A DNA stretch of 55,382 bases, filler included, from Sphacelaria rigidula (lineage: Eukaryota), in NCBI GenBank assembly GCA_964200075.2. It is 6 parts of 6 records of this genome, joined end to end, with 100 filler letters (N's around TTAATTAATTAA, not from the genome) between each part and the next. Parts side by side here need not be neighbours in the genome. Positions count along the whole stretch, not along the records: positions 36,990 to 46,136 come from CAXNAA020009183.1; positions 46,237 to 55,382 come from CAXNAA020009184.1; 4 more parts are not named here. One strand, written 5' to 3'. The position numbers were made by a program, and so were the translations under genes. The notes under the pieces were generated by a model. It was not told where the DNA came from and did no database searches. It saw only the letters and a list, made by a program, of their open reading frames with translations. This document shows positions 37,454-48,939 of this stretch, piece after piece; the first letter of the stretch is position 1, and each line of letters opens with the position of its first letter.

Positions 37454-38400
37454 CCCTTCTGGGACCGGGCCTCTAGAACGGCCAATGGGGCTAGTAAGGA
37501 ATGACGTGTCTGGGGGAAGACCGAGAGTTGCAGACGAAAGTTTCATTCAATGTATTTTCAGGTGCAGGGTGCGCATTAGGTAATGTACATCTGATGTAGC
37601 AAGCAGTATGTTCGCGGTAGAGAGCTTTCAGCAGGATGCGGCGACCGGCGGGCCGCCGCCACTTGTGGCTTTGGATGATACTATTGTCCCCATCACCTCG
37701 CCACTCAGCCCTTTGTGGTCGGGGTGGGCCGTCATTTCCCTCTTCGTTGCATGCGGCAAATTCTCTCCGAAGGGTATCAGCGTTGCAGCGCGCACACATA
37801 CAGTATAGTACAGTGCAGTTCGCCTCTCCGACTGCAGCAGCAGCCACCACTGCATACTCCCTTTCACGTTCTGGGCGGTTGTCAGCTACCGAGATCACCT
37901 GCCTATATACCGCTTTTTCATCCCCGCCCACTACACCCATGTCAACCGCACACTGCAAGTCATCGGCAGAAGGATGAGTAGAATTCATGACGGTAGCTCC
38001 TTTTGTCCTTCCACGGCTCACCTGGGTTTAGTGGGTCGTGAAAATGACCACATTGTAGCATGTACACTCCTTGCCGGTTTTTTCCACTCCACCCTGTGTT
38101 AGTGTAATTACTACGTTTTAGTATCGAATTGCGATCCCCCCAAAAAACGGAAAATCTCGGGAAAGCAATACCGAATGCAAGTAACACCATAAAACCAAGC
38201 TGCGACCACTCTCCATTCGAAAACCTGGGAACGCTCATCTGGACCAGGGATAGGATCCCCACACGATCGTTGTAGTGACACCACACTCGCCAACAATCCC
38301 CGCGCTGGTCGCTCGGGTCTGGTCGCTCCCCGACTTATTTTGTATTACTTCACCAACACAGGGTCAACCCTGTGTTGTTAGGGGGTTGGTCCCAAAAGAG
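37454..38400. mobile_element. ~950-bp non-autonomous piggyBac-like element; second copy at 46237-46787
   Basis: TGAA|CCCTTCTGGGACC ... GGTCCCAAAAGAG|TCAA; the other copy ends GGTCCTAAAAGGG|TTAA. Shared ~550-bp internal sequence and a subterminal CAACACAGGGTCA.CCCTGTGTT hairpin. Confidence 0.75.
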
Positions 38401-38608
38401 TCAAAGGAAAAGAACGAAATTTAATTTTCACGAAAACGTCCATACCTCTTTGCGAGCGGTCGTCCATTTGTGAATTGGCATTACTTTCACCTGAAGGAGA
38501 AATGAAAATGATGCCGATTCCACAGATGACCTACTCTCGCCGTCAAAGGGTCAAGTCCTCAAAAACATGTTAACGTGATTTTTCTTTGTGCCCATACGAT
38601 GCTCGATA

Positions 38609-41600
38609 CCGTGGGGGGCTTTCAGTAGTGCCGGTATGTGCCCACCACGGACACCGGCACTACTCAGAGAGCCCGGCACTACTCTGAAAAGTGCCAAAAC
38701 AGGTGCAATTGAGGGCTCTGGATACCTCAGTAGTGCCGGTTCTGGCACTATTGACGACCGTCCGTTCGTACAGTGGTACTCTTGTCCTTCGTGGGACCAA
38801 CGGAAGCACAAAACGGACGAGGAGCTTTGTTTCGAGGGGTTTCGATAGGATACGTCACGTAAGGTTTCGGGGTAGCAGAACTTAACCCGATGTTTTTTTG
38901 TTCTTCACATTCAACTTCATTGATCCTGTTGACAGGTTGATCATTTTCTTCCCTACAAGCACAACAGCAGCAGTACGGCCACAAAAGTTGCTCATGCCGA
39001 AAGACACATCTGCACTCAACGCAACTATGAAGGTGCGGCATCTGGTGTGGAAAAGAACTCACGAAAAAGTACACCGCCCACCAAAAGGAGTGAGCGAGAA
39101 AGAATGAACCACATCCCTTTTCACTTCCTATCGGCTACCGAGACAAGGAGAGAGAGAAACAAACGACCTCGAAAAAAAACACACCGATGCAGCAAACTAG
39201 ACACGACTCCTCCCGTGGCTGTGCTCGGGCGTAAATGCTACGGGCTACCCGATAGAAAACAACATCAGTCAAGCAACCACCAAAGAAACCACCTATGAAT
39301 TGCATAAGCCCCCGCATCTCCCTCCTCATTCCGTGGGCAAAAACTCCCTCAAGTCTACTTGGCGCGTTCGCTTGTTGGCATACGCTGCAATCATCTCCAT
39401 CCTTGCTTTGGACAGGTACAAGGCTGCGTTTGCATTCCCACTGTCCTGCGCTGCCCTCTCCAGGATGCCGAAGTGAGACGAGAGTTCACCGTAGGGCGGT
39501 CGGACACCATTCCCGCTCCCCGTGCTCTCGTCGTCATCCTCTTACTCCTCCTCCAAGTCCCCACCATTGGCTGTCCCATCCAAGAGGGCCGTGAGTTCTT
39601 CCGCCGCGTCCGTTCGCATGGCCTCCACCACGTCATCCTGATCCTCCACGGATACCCAAACCTGAACCGCTTTCATAGCTTCCTGGTCGGCAGGCTGTCC
39701 TGGTGTAATGTCTAGGTTCGCCAACATGTCACAGATCTTTTCGTCTTGGACGTGGCAACCCTGCTGCTGCGCGCTGTGCACGCTCGTACTCAACGTGTTG
39801 ACGGCGTCCGTGAGAGACTTCACGTCGGGGTCGACGACACTGCCCCGCGATTTTCCGTGAGTTTGGGTGAGCTCAGCTTCCATCGGCAAGGGGAGCGTGT
39901 TGGCTTTGACAAAACACCTGAGCAGTAGGAGGCACGGAGAGGGGAGGGAGACGTAGAACAAGTGTGTTAAAAAAAGATGGTCGACAGCAGCGAAGAAAAA
40001 CTTGGTCTGGTGGCAGTCACTGGCTCTCAACACTAGAGTGAAAAAACAAAGTGTACAGTGAACACGAAGGTGTGCGCATTGCTGCACTCTCAAAACGCTG
40101 GCACGAACAGGAACATGACATGATCAAACCTGACCTGGAGATGTCCCGGGCAGAAACACTGGCCCATCCTTTCTTGAGAAGTTCGGCGGCGTCCCGCACG
40201 TGAGGGTGGTGCCCCTCCGCCAGCCCCACCGTTCCGGCCTTCATTTTGCGCTCCTTGGCCTGAGCGCGAAGTCATTCAGCCACAAACATTGTCGATGCCT
40301 TCACATCGAGTAGCTCTTTCCTGTACATTAGCTTCAACTTGGCGATGATCCCCTGGTCCATGGGCTGGTGTACGCTTGTGCAGCCCGGCGGGTAAGTCTT
40401 GACGGTCACCTGCCCGCGGTCATCCACCAGCTCCGCGTGCGACGAGCAGCCGGTTATCAGCAGCAGAACAGGTTCGTGCGAAAACCCCGAACAAAGGTTA
40501 GGAAGACCTCCCGCCACCACTTAAGGAACGTCTCCGCGTGCGACGAGCAGCCGTCCATCAGCAACAGAACAGGTTCGTGCGAAAACCCCGAACAAAGGTT
40601 AGGAAGACCTCCCGCCACCACTTAAGGAACGTCGCGGTATCAGACCACGCATTCGCCTGTGAGAAGTAGGGAAGAGCGCACTCTACGCCGCGGAGGCAAC
40701 GGGGCTCCCTCGACTTTCCGATGATGGCCAGGTCCACCTTTGCTGTACCATCGGCGTTGCAGCAAACGATGGCAGACAAACGATCCTTGAATGTCATGCC
40801 CTTGGAGCCCCGCGCTGTCTTTCGGTTCTCAGAGCTGGAAAGGTACGTGCGCCTAGGCATAACCTTCCACTGAATGCCTGTCTCGTCGACATTGAAAATG
40901 CGCCTAGCCGGGAACTTCGCGCAAAGGTCCTTAATTTCTTCGATCTTGTCTTTGATAGCTTCGGTGTCCACGCTGCCAGCTTCACCATAACGTTTCGAGT
41001 TGTGGAGTCCATTGCGTTTCACGAAGTTCTCGGCCCACCTCTCGCCGGCCTTGAAATCGTTGAGCTTCTCCCGGAGGTCTGCAGAGGTTGTTGCGTCGTT
41101 GAGCAGGGTAGTCTTGGCTGAGCGGCCGAAGCTGCGGATGACGTCGCGCGTGACGGAGATTTTTGCCTTCCTGGCCTTCTCGAATAGATCCAGAGCTATT
41201 TCATCCACCTGATGGGAAGAAACAGCAAGTGATTGAGAGCCAAACGGCGAGAAATCATTGTTTAGATTGGAAAGAAAAAAAATGTTGCAACACACTACTG
41301 CGCCGTGGGGAACGATCATCTACATCTCTCGCAGAGGTACAGTTGTTCGTGCCCCGATCAGAACTCGAAATGTGTACCTACTGCACTTGAGTTGCCGACT
41401 TACTTTTCGGTTGATCTACAGTACTGTACCTGTAACTTTTTGTTAGGAGGGTGTTGAAATGCCTTCCACTCGGCGGGTGCTTCATCCAACAAGTAAAACG
41501 ATGCGTGTGCAGGATGCTACCGTAGTTGTAAATGTCATGCCCTGGAAATATTTTCGATTCATTACCCAAAGCAGCAGTACAGATTGGACTGTTTTGTAGA

Positions 41601-42561
41601 AAGTGTCACAGAATTTTCACTCCAGCTTGTTTTTGCCTCAAAAACGGAGATAAAAACACCAGGTTGTATTGTTTTAAAAAATACCAGATAAGTAAACGTG
41701 TACGAGTACGGCGACCCGAGAAACGTACGAGTAGAAGACATACACTGCTGTACAGTGTGAAAAAAACAGAGCCCAAAAAAAACAATTTGAAAAAAAATAA
41801 GAAGGCTGGGGGCCGCCAGTGCAGTGTAGCCCACCTGGGGAAAGTCTCCTTGGCGTGCGGTTTTCATGCCGTCTCTGCCTGCTGTGGTAGCCTCCTTCTC
41901 CACCTTTTCCCGCTCGGTCTTGATCTTACGAACCGTCCGTGCTGCGCACCCGAAGCGATCAGCGATCTCTTCGTGAGAAACGCGCTGGTCCAGGAGCCTC
42001 ACGGCCTCCATCTTTTGCTTGAAGGTGAGGCGGGCGCGAGACGCGCCTTCACTCCCTGTTTTCGCGCGTTTGCTTGTAGACTGCCCCGATCCAGCACCCT
42101 CGGACGAAACCTTTGTGCGCTTGCCCTTTTTTTGAAGGCACTTGCTGCAGATGCGGTGCATTTCGTTGTCGCCAAACATGCTGCCGCGAATACCGTCGAG
42201 CCTCTCGCCACATGTCCCCTGGCAACCGTGGCCATGACGGCCTCCTCGCGTCGTGGCCTGCACCAGGCACAGTTCACTTTCCGCACAAGGCATGTTGTGT
42301 CCCTACGTTGCAAGGTCTGCACCAGCACGTACTCTGCTGTACCCCTACTGGTGCTTGGTTGGTGGGGGGTAAGGCGTGCGTGAGTGTGTCCAGAACCGGC
42401 ACTGTTGAGGGTACAAAACCGTTCAAACCGGCACTACTGAGGGTCATCTGTCAGTAGTGCTGCGCGGGACTACTGCGAGCTCTGGCTGTGCCCGGAGATT
42501 TTACCGGCATTATATAGGTCGTTGGCACTATTGAACCGGCACTACTGAGAGCCTCCCTCTG
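38609..42561 (-). mobile_element. Full-length pogo/Tigger-like (IS630-Tc1-mariner superfamily) DNA transposon, ~3.95 kb
   Basis: TA flanks on both sides; ~26-bp imperfect TIRs CCGTGGGGGGCTTTCAGTAGTGCCGG / (rc) CAGAGGGAGGCTCTCAGTAGTGCCGG; about 10 subterminal CCGGCACTA(C/T)T copies; internal transposase. Confidence 0.92.
39350..42293 (-). pseudogene. Spliced pogo-like transposase pseudogene; exons 42293-41835, 41208-40135, 39917-~39350
   Basis: Cys-rich N-terminus; HTH_psq/CENP-B-N (RARLTFKQKMEAVRLLD...IADRFG); Tc5 HTH (FKAGERWAENFVKRNGL); DDE_1 motifs IFNVDETG, LLLMDGCSSH and QPMDQG (31 residues between D2 and D3). GT-AG introns. Disabled by a 1-nt frameshift, a 101-bp tandem duplication (40431-40632) and stops near 40272 and 39542. 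Confidence 0.9.
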
Positions 42562-43221
42562 TACCAGATTTCAAAGCTCAACTTTTTTTATTGATTTGAT
42601 TTGATTTGATTGTCGCACTTTAACTGAGCTCCCAGGGGTCAAGCCGTGGTCTCATGATAGACGTACCCAAGAAAAACGAAATTCAAACACCCTCTAAGAA
42701 GAAAAAAAAAACAGAAAAAATTAAAAGAAAGAGGGGTGGAACAGAACGACATAGCAGACTAGGTGGTTCCAAAAAAAAAGTAATAAAAATTCAACACACG
42801 CAAAGCACAGAAAGAAATGGCCGACCTAAAGCAAGAAAGAGGAAAACAAGAGGAAAGTACAAGGCAAATAAAAAAAACAATGAAACAATGGGAAAAAAAA
42901 AAGGAAAAAAGGAAAAAAGGAAACTTTGAAAAGGGAAGTGAGAATTCCAGGTTTAGTGCATCTCGACATTACATATTGAATTTCGTACAGGATATTATGC
43001 GCGCAATATCCCTCGATAGATGGCCAAGCAGGTGAAGGTGAGAGTATCGATCATTTCCCTGCGCCTCAAGGAATTTTCGCACCAATATAGCGTGATCCGC
43101 TGTATATACTGTGACGGGCCTTCGTACGACGTATAGACTTTAGAATCGGAGATCAATCCAAGACGTCATGGGATTTAGTCGACATGGCGTTTGATCAACG
43201 AGAAATCATTCCACTGGGCTA

Positions 43222-43727
43222 CTGTGTCGTGTTGTGTGTTGTTCCATCCATCTCTCCTGGACGTTAGTCTTCACCTTTCGGTATATGTCGGCGCACCAGC
43301 CGGGGTCACACAGGAGGAACGCTAACACACAGGAGTGTTCTCTTTTTTATTGTTGTCTTTCTCCGCCGGCCTTCTGCGGTGTTTGCCTCCTATTTATCGC
43401 AAGGGGGATTTAGCACTTCCTTTCCGTGGACCGTGGAGTCCGTATTTGTGCACCCACAACATAGTCACTTTCCACCGTTGAGCATTATGTGATAACAAGT
43501 CCCAGAAGCGGTGCATACCTCCTTTTTATCGCGAGAGGAGGTCAGCGTTTTCTTTTCTCCCGTGCACCGTGAAGACGACATTTCTATATCCACGACATCG
43601 TCGCTTTTCACCGTTGAGCATTGTGTGAGAACAAATATAACATCGTGTGACTGCACCGAGATTCGAACTCATGGCCCACCCGTGAGAAGGTGTCGAGATT
43701 ACCAACTGAGCCACAGGGGCGACCAGC
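43222..43727 (-). mobile_element. tRNA-derived SINE, near full length, with an internal ~130-bp duplication
   Basis: Minus-strand head GCTGGTCGCCCCTGTGGCTCAGTTGG (A box) ... GAGTTCGAATCTC (B box); CA-rich tail; body matches the 11.5-12.1 kb copies. Confidence 0.85.
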
Positions 43728-45631
43728 TGCTACGGCTATTGTTTCAAATAAGTGACCATCTGTCTCTCGGGTATAGTATCATCAACAAGGCGTGCGGACC
43801 ACGGCCCTATTCATCTGCGTCGATGAGATAAGGCTGTAGCAGTTCAAGTTTAGGCTGGTCCCGCTCCTACTCGTATCAATTAAGGGGTGGGCCAGGACCT
43901 GTAGTTGATATAGGCCGTCGCGTGCTGTAGATGGACCCGAAGTGGAGCAATAAAAGAACACAGAGAACTGCAGTTCTGGCGCAACACTGTATATGATCCA
44001 TGGGTGAGGGACCGCGGAAAACATGGTTTTTCATCACTTGGGGGCGGTGCTCGCAAAAGGCACAGAGCTGGTCAGCTACAGCGTCGCGGTACTAATGGCA
44101 TTGCTCGTCAGCCGGTGATACTGTTCCGAAAAGACGTCCTGTGTCCAGAGCGTTGAAATAAACATGAAAAATATATAGACGTTTGGGACGAGATGCATCG
44201 CAAACGCTCCTCGGTAGCATTAGCTTCGGGCGATCATTCAGATTTCTCAACTTCGCGGTCTGTCTTCTTGACGTGGCGTCCGCCTGCATTTCGTTGTCCT
44301 TGAGAATATTCTACATGATTCAAGATGTCTACCGCTTGTTCCGCGCCGTGAGTACTATTACATACAGTAAGTAAGTACAGTACAGCCTTTCAAGGGTGGG
44401 CTTCAACAAGCTCGCCAGAACATTGTACTTCGCATCTCTCCACCAACATGCAAGCACCGATCAAGGCCGAGTTTCGAGGATGTGCAAATGGGTCTCCGTA
44501 TGCTCCATGGTTCGGTACTGTACGGTGCTGTGGGGGTGCATAGTCATGCGTTCGGTGGCGGTCGCTGACTTCTTGTTCTTCCGTCCAGCCTCAAAGTTAG
44601 GGTCATCTTACCTTTGAAGGAAATGCTGATGCTTGAGCGACTTGTCGAACCCACTCTGCCCGATCGCAGAGGCCTTCCATAATGGGAAGTTAACCACCGC
44701 AGCGATAGCCGAAGCAGCGAAGTGGCACTCTGGGTGGCTGCTCTTGCCACCGTCACCACGAGCCATCCCACAGAGCTGCACCGTTTTTATCGTTGAGCGA
44801 ACTGCCTTTGTTCGGTCAAACAGCGATCCTCATATTTTCGCATACAAAAGTGGTCATTTGGTAACAACGTCATCATCATCATTTTTTTTTTCATGATCTC
44901 GACTGTCAATCTCAGAGCGGATAGCGCACCTAGCCCACGTTGGCACTACGGACAGATTCCCGCATTCGAAGCAAGAAGCATGCGTTCTGCAGTTTCCGTG
45001 TCCGCGGCGGTAGTCATGCTAGCTACAACAGCACGTGCATTCATACAAGGTGAGCTATAACTCTCCCTCTGCACATTAATCCGCGTGAACGTAGAGAGTC
45101 CAGTTTGCGAATACAGTACAGTCAGAGCGTAGAGTCAGTAGTGGCCGCTTCGAGCATCTGTAGCTCACGTGCCGACGACCACCTGCGGCGCTGCCTCGAT
45201 TTGCAGTTATGCAGTCAGACGATCACCATGACTCTAGAGCAGAAACTAGTCGTGGTTTGTTGCGGCAGTCCTCCAATCGCCGAACTGAAGTCTACACCTT
45301 GTTCTGAGCATGACCAGTTATGACACTACTTAAGAAGGTAACATTCCCTGGGCATGAAAACATGTCACGTGAGATGGAACATACAGTACGTACTAATACA
45401 AGTTCGTAGTACGAGTATGTACACGTAGTAGTTGGTCAGCTGGGGATTTTTTAGATATTTTCGTAGTTGGCGATGTTCAATGGGTTTCGCGTGTCAGTCC
45501 TCATCCTATTGATGTATAGTGAACATTTGATCTCGAGGTCAAGGGATCGGGAGATACTGGCGATCCGCTCCACGTTCCAAAACGAAAACCATCTCTGCGC
45601 TCAATATTGAACAACCTGCCGGCTGAATTGG

Positions 45632-46020
45632 CAGGGGGTGTTATTGACCGTGCTTGATCCAAAACACATTTTGGCTCTAGCACGAAGAAAGGTGAACAAA
45701 AATAAATGCGAGCAAAGGTCTGTCAAATTATTGACGAAAGCGATCGGGATTGGTTCACCCCCCCTGTGCTATTCAGAGCTCCGCTGGGCCATTTTCCTAG
45801 TTTGGTACTTTTCTGAATTTTCTCGTGTAGCACTATTCCTTAGCACTCGATTTACCTAATGTCGATAGATTCTGAGATGAGGAGCACGTGGTGCTCAGGA
45901 CACAGTCCTCAACTGGTGTTATCGGGGTGATACGGAGTAAGTACCTCGCTTCTCAGGGGGTGTTATCGACCGTCACCAGTCCAAAAACACAGTTGTTCGG
46001 CTTTAGCGCGACGAATAGGT
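45632..46020 (+). repeat. Two direct copies of a ~65-bp DNA-transposon-terminus-like motif
   Basis: CAGGGGGTGTTAT.GACCGT....TCCAAAA.ACA at ~45633 and ~45954. Confidence 0.55.
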
Positions 46021-48939
46021 AGAAATTAAAAAGAAAAATAATGTGGAGACCACGTATTATCATTATTTATTTATTTATTATTTCCGCACATTAGTCCGAT
46101 CTCGCGAACCCGTGGTCACAGACGTAGGCTCGCCTANNNNNNNNNNNNNNNNNNNNNNNNNNNNNNNNNNNNNNNNNNNNTTAATTAATTAANNNNNNNN
46201 NNNNNNNNNNNNNNNNNNNNNNNNNNNNNNNNNNNNTGTACGTTCTGGGCAATTCTCAGCTACCGAGATCAACTGCGTACATACCGCTTCTTCATCCCCG
46301 CCCATGACATACATGGTAATTGCACACTGCAAGTCAGCGGCAGTGGGATAAGCAGAATTCATGACGGTAGCTCCTTGTCTTTTCACGGCCTCTTGAAAAT
46401 GACCACATGGTAGCATGTACACTCCTTCCGGGTTTTTCCGGTCCACCCTGTGTTGGTGTAATTACTGCGTTTCAGTATAAAATTGTGACCCGAAAAACCC
46501 ACCGGGAAACTCGGGAAAGCTGTACTGAGTGCAAGTGATATCACATAACCAAGTTCTGATCGCCCTGCACTTGGAAACCTACGAAGGTTTATCTGGGCCA
46601 GGGATAGGATACCTGCACGATCTTTGCAGTGGCATCACACTCGCCAACAATCCCCGCGCTGGTCGTTCAGGTCTGGTCGATAAATCTCGCCTCGCCATGA
46701 TTGGGCAGGTCCCTCGAAGACTTGTTTTTAATTATTTCGTCAACACAGGGTCAGCCCTGTGTTAGTGGGGGGTCGGTCCTAAAAGGGTTAAGGGCAGTAA
46801 TCAGTTTCAAGATTTTGGTGAAATGCCGTTAAAATAAAAAAAACTTTGTGACCTCGCACACAGCTTTTTTCCATGCCCTGTTGATTGTCCATACCAAATT
46901 CCACTGTCCAACTCTGAGTAAACAATTGCGAATTCGCCTGCAAACTACAAATCCGCTGCTAGGCTGGCCCAGCTCGTATGTTATCGATTTTTTTTGCCGA
47001 GAGCAACTGTTCCGAAATCTGTGTCACCGATAACGTACGAAGAATAGAAGAAAACGAGAGGAGGGAACATGGTGTCTTTTCATATACCTCATGTGCATTG
47101 TGTCAAAAATTCATACACAACAACTTGAAATTGAATAGCTCAACCGCGTTTTCTGTCGGAAACCGGTTGACTTGCTTTCAGTGTACAAACTCAGCCGGAA
47201 CTTTGACGTTCTCTTCAAGCTTCAGCCACTGCTCGCCGGTTTGCACACTATTATACTACCGGACGCCTTGGCCCGCTGGTGGCCTCGTCTGCGTGCCATC
47301 TTAGACACTGCGCGCCTACAGTACAACATGCGTTGTTGTGCAACCACACCTTGTGCAGCACCATCACTTTGCAGCCGCGGCACAACCGACTGGAACCGAA
47401 AATTCTATTCGAGCCTGTTTCTCTCGTAATCCCGCCACATGGGTCATCCTCAACTCTCTACATTGCGCAGGTGGTTACAGTTTGGTATTCAGCTCGATGG
47501 GAACTTGTTGGATCGCAGTTCCACGTGGATTGAGAGACGCGTTGATTTGCCGATGACCACGATGTATCACGATAGGCACAACTCGCGGTAAATCGTGAGT
47601 TAGAGCGGGCCGAAGGAAAGTGAGCTTTTGGGCCGACCTAGCTTGTACGAATCATGATAATTTGAACCTTATTAACGCCTTGGCCGCGGGGGTAGTATAC
47701 CTGGATCATGCATACTTTTTTTCGAGTGAAATTGAAGCCTAATCAACAGACGACCTATACTCGCCATAAAAGGGTAAGCCCTTTGACCGCCGGGGGTGGT
47801 CCATTTGCGAATCGACTTCATTTTCAGTCAGTTTCCAAGTGAAAATGATACCGATGGACAAATGGACCACCTCTGGCGATTGAAGGATTGAAGAAGAAAC
47901 ACGGACATTGAATAGAGATGGGTTTTAATGGGAAATTGCATCCCCCTATCTCCCCCTCTACCACGAATTGGAGAGACAAATTGGACAGCGGGTCCGAGAA
48001 TGAGCTCGGTCGAAAATCAATCTACCTGGTGTTCGCAATTCTGATGAGCCTGGATGAGTGTGATTTTCGAGAGATACAATCTAATGGGGCAATACATGCT
48101 GCAGCATCGGGGGGTAGTGAAATGCCAAGTGAACCAAGAACAGAGATGAGGGACATCGAATTAGTGATTACAAGGCTGGTGGCGATAAGAATGAGTCATG
48201 GCAGAAAATTGTGCTCATGGCAACATCCTCGATGAGGGAGTTTGAGCCTTGGCCGAAGGAAAAGTTTCTCGTCAGCGGGTCCGCACTGTATAGTACATGT
48301 CAGCCGCGCAAAATTGCTTGTTCGAACGAATACTCGTGGCAAAGTCAGAGTCTTCACCCAACGGTCTCCGGTCCTCCAAGTTTCCCAAGCCCCACTGAAG
48401 GAACGAAAAAGAGATCGCTCGCCCCAAGCGCTTCACGAGCACACCCCTTGTTATTTTTCCCATCAGGGCGACTGTCACATACACGCGCTGTCTCCCTGAG
48501 GTACATTTTTATGCGAAGTGATCAACACTTCCCATGTGTGTGCATACTTCGTTTTTGTCAAAGCCAAATGCCAGCGCTAACCTTGACCCGGACAAGGCGG
48601 GTGATTGAGATTTCGTAGGAAAGCGTGCGTTGGCAGAACTCGGCGCCTGTTTGGACCAAAACTCGTCCTCAGCACGTTATGGGAACACGTGCGACTGTCA
48701 GCCCCCGAAATAACCGAATGCGGCAGTCCAGACTGAAATTAAACTAGTTAGTTGTGCAGCCCTGGATTCTGTCGACTAGGTCGCGTAAATTTCACGTCCC
48801 CCTGGGTGACTGATTTAGTGATGGATTGTTTCACAGCGACTATCCCCATGAATCCAGCCGTGGTCACAAGCCAGACGTAACCTAGTGTAACGCCATATAA
48901 CGCTTGTGCGGCCCGTTCCCCGAACCGAAGGTGAAGGAG

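Noticed and set aside
41532..42383. 283-aa plus-strand ORF
   Set aside because: Antisense shadow of transposase exon 1 and its intron; no motifs.
42654..42929. Lys-rich 91-aa ORF
   Set aside because: A-rich low-complexity tract.
43650..43727. tRNA gene
   Set aside because: It has A/B boxes but continues into a multi-copy SINE body, and I could not fold a convincing cloverleaf.
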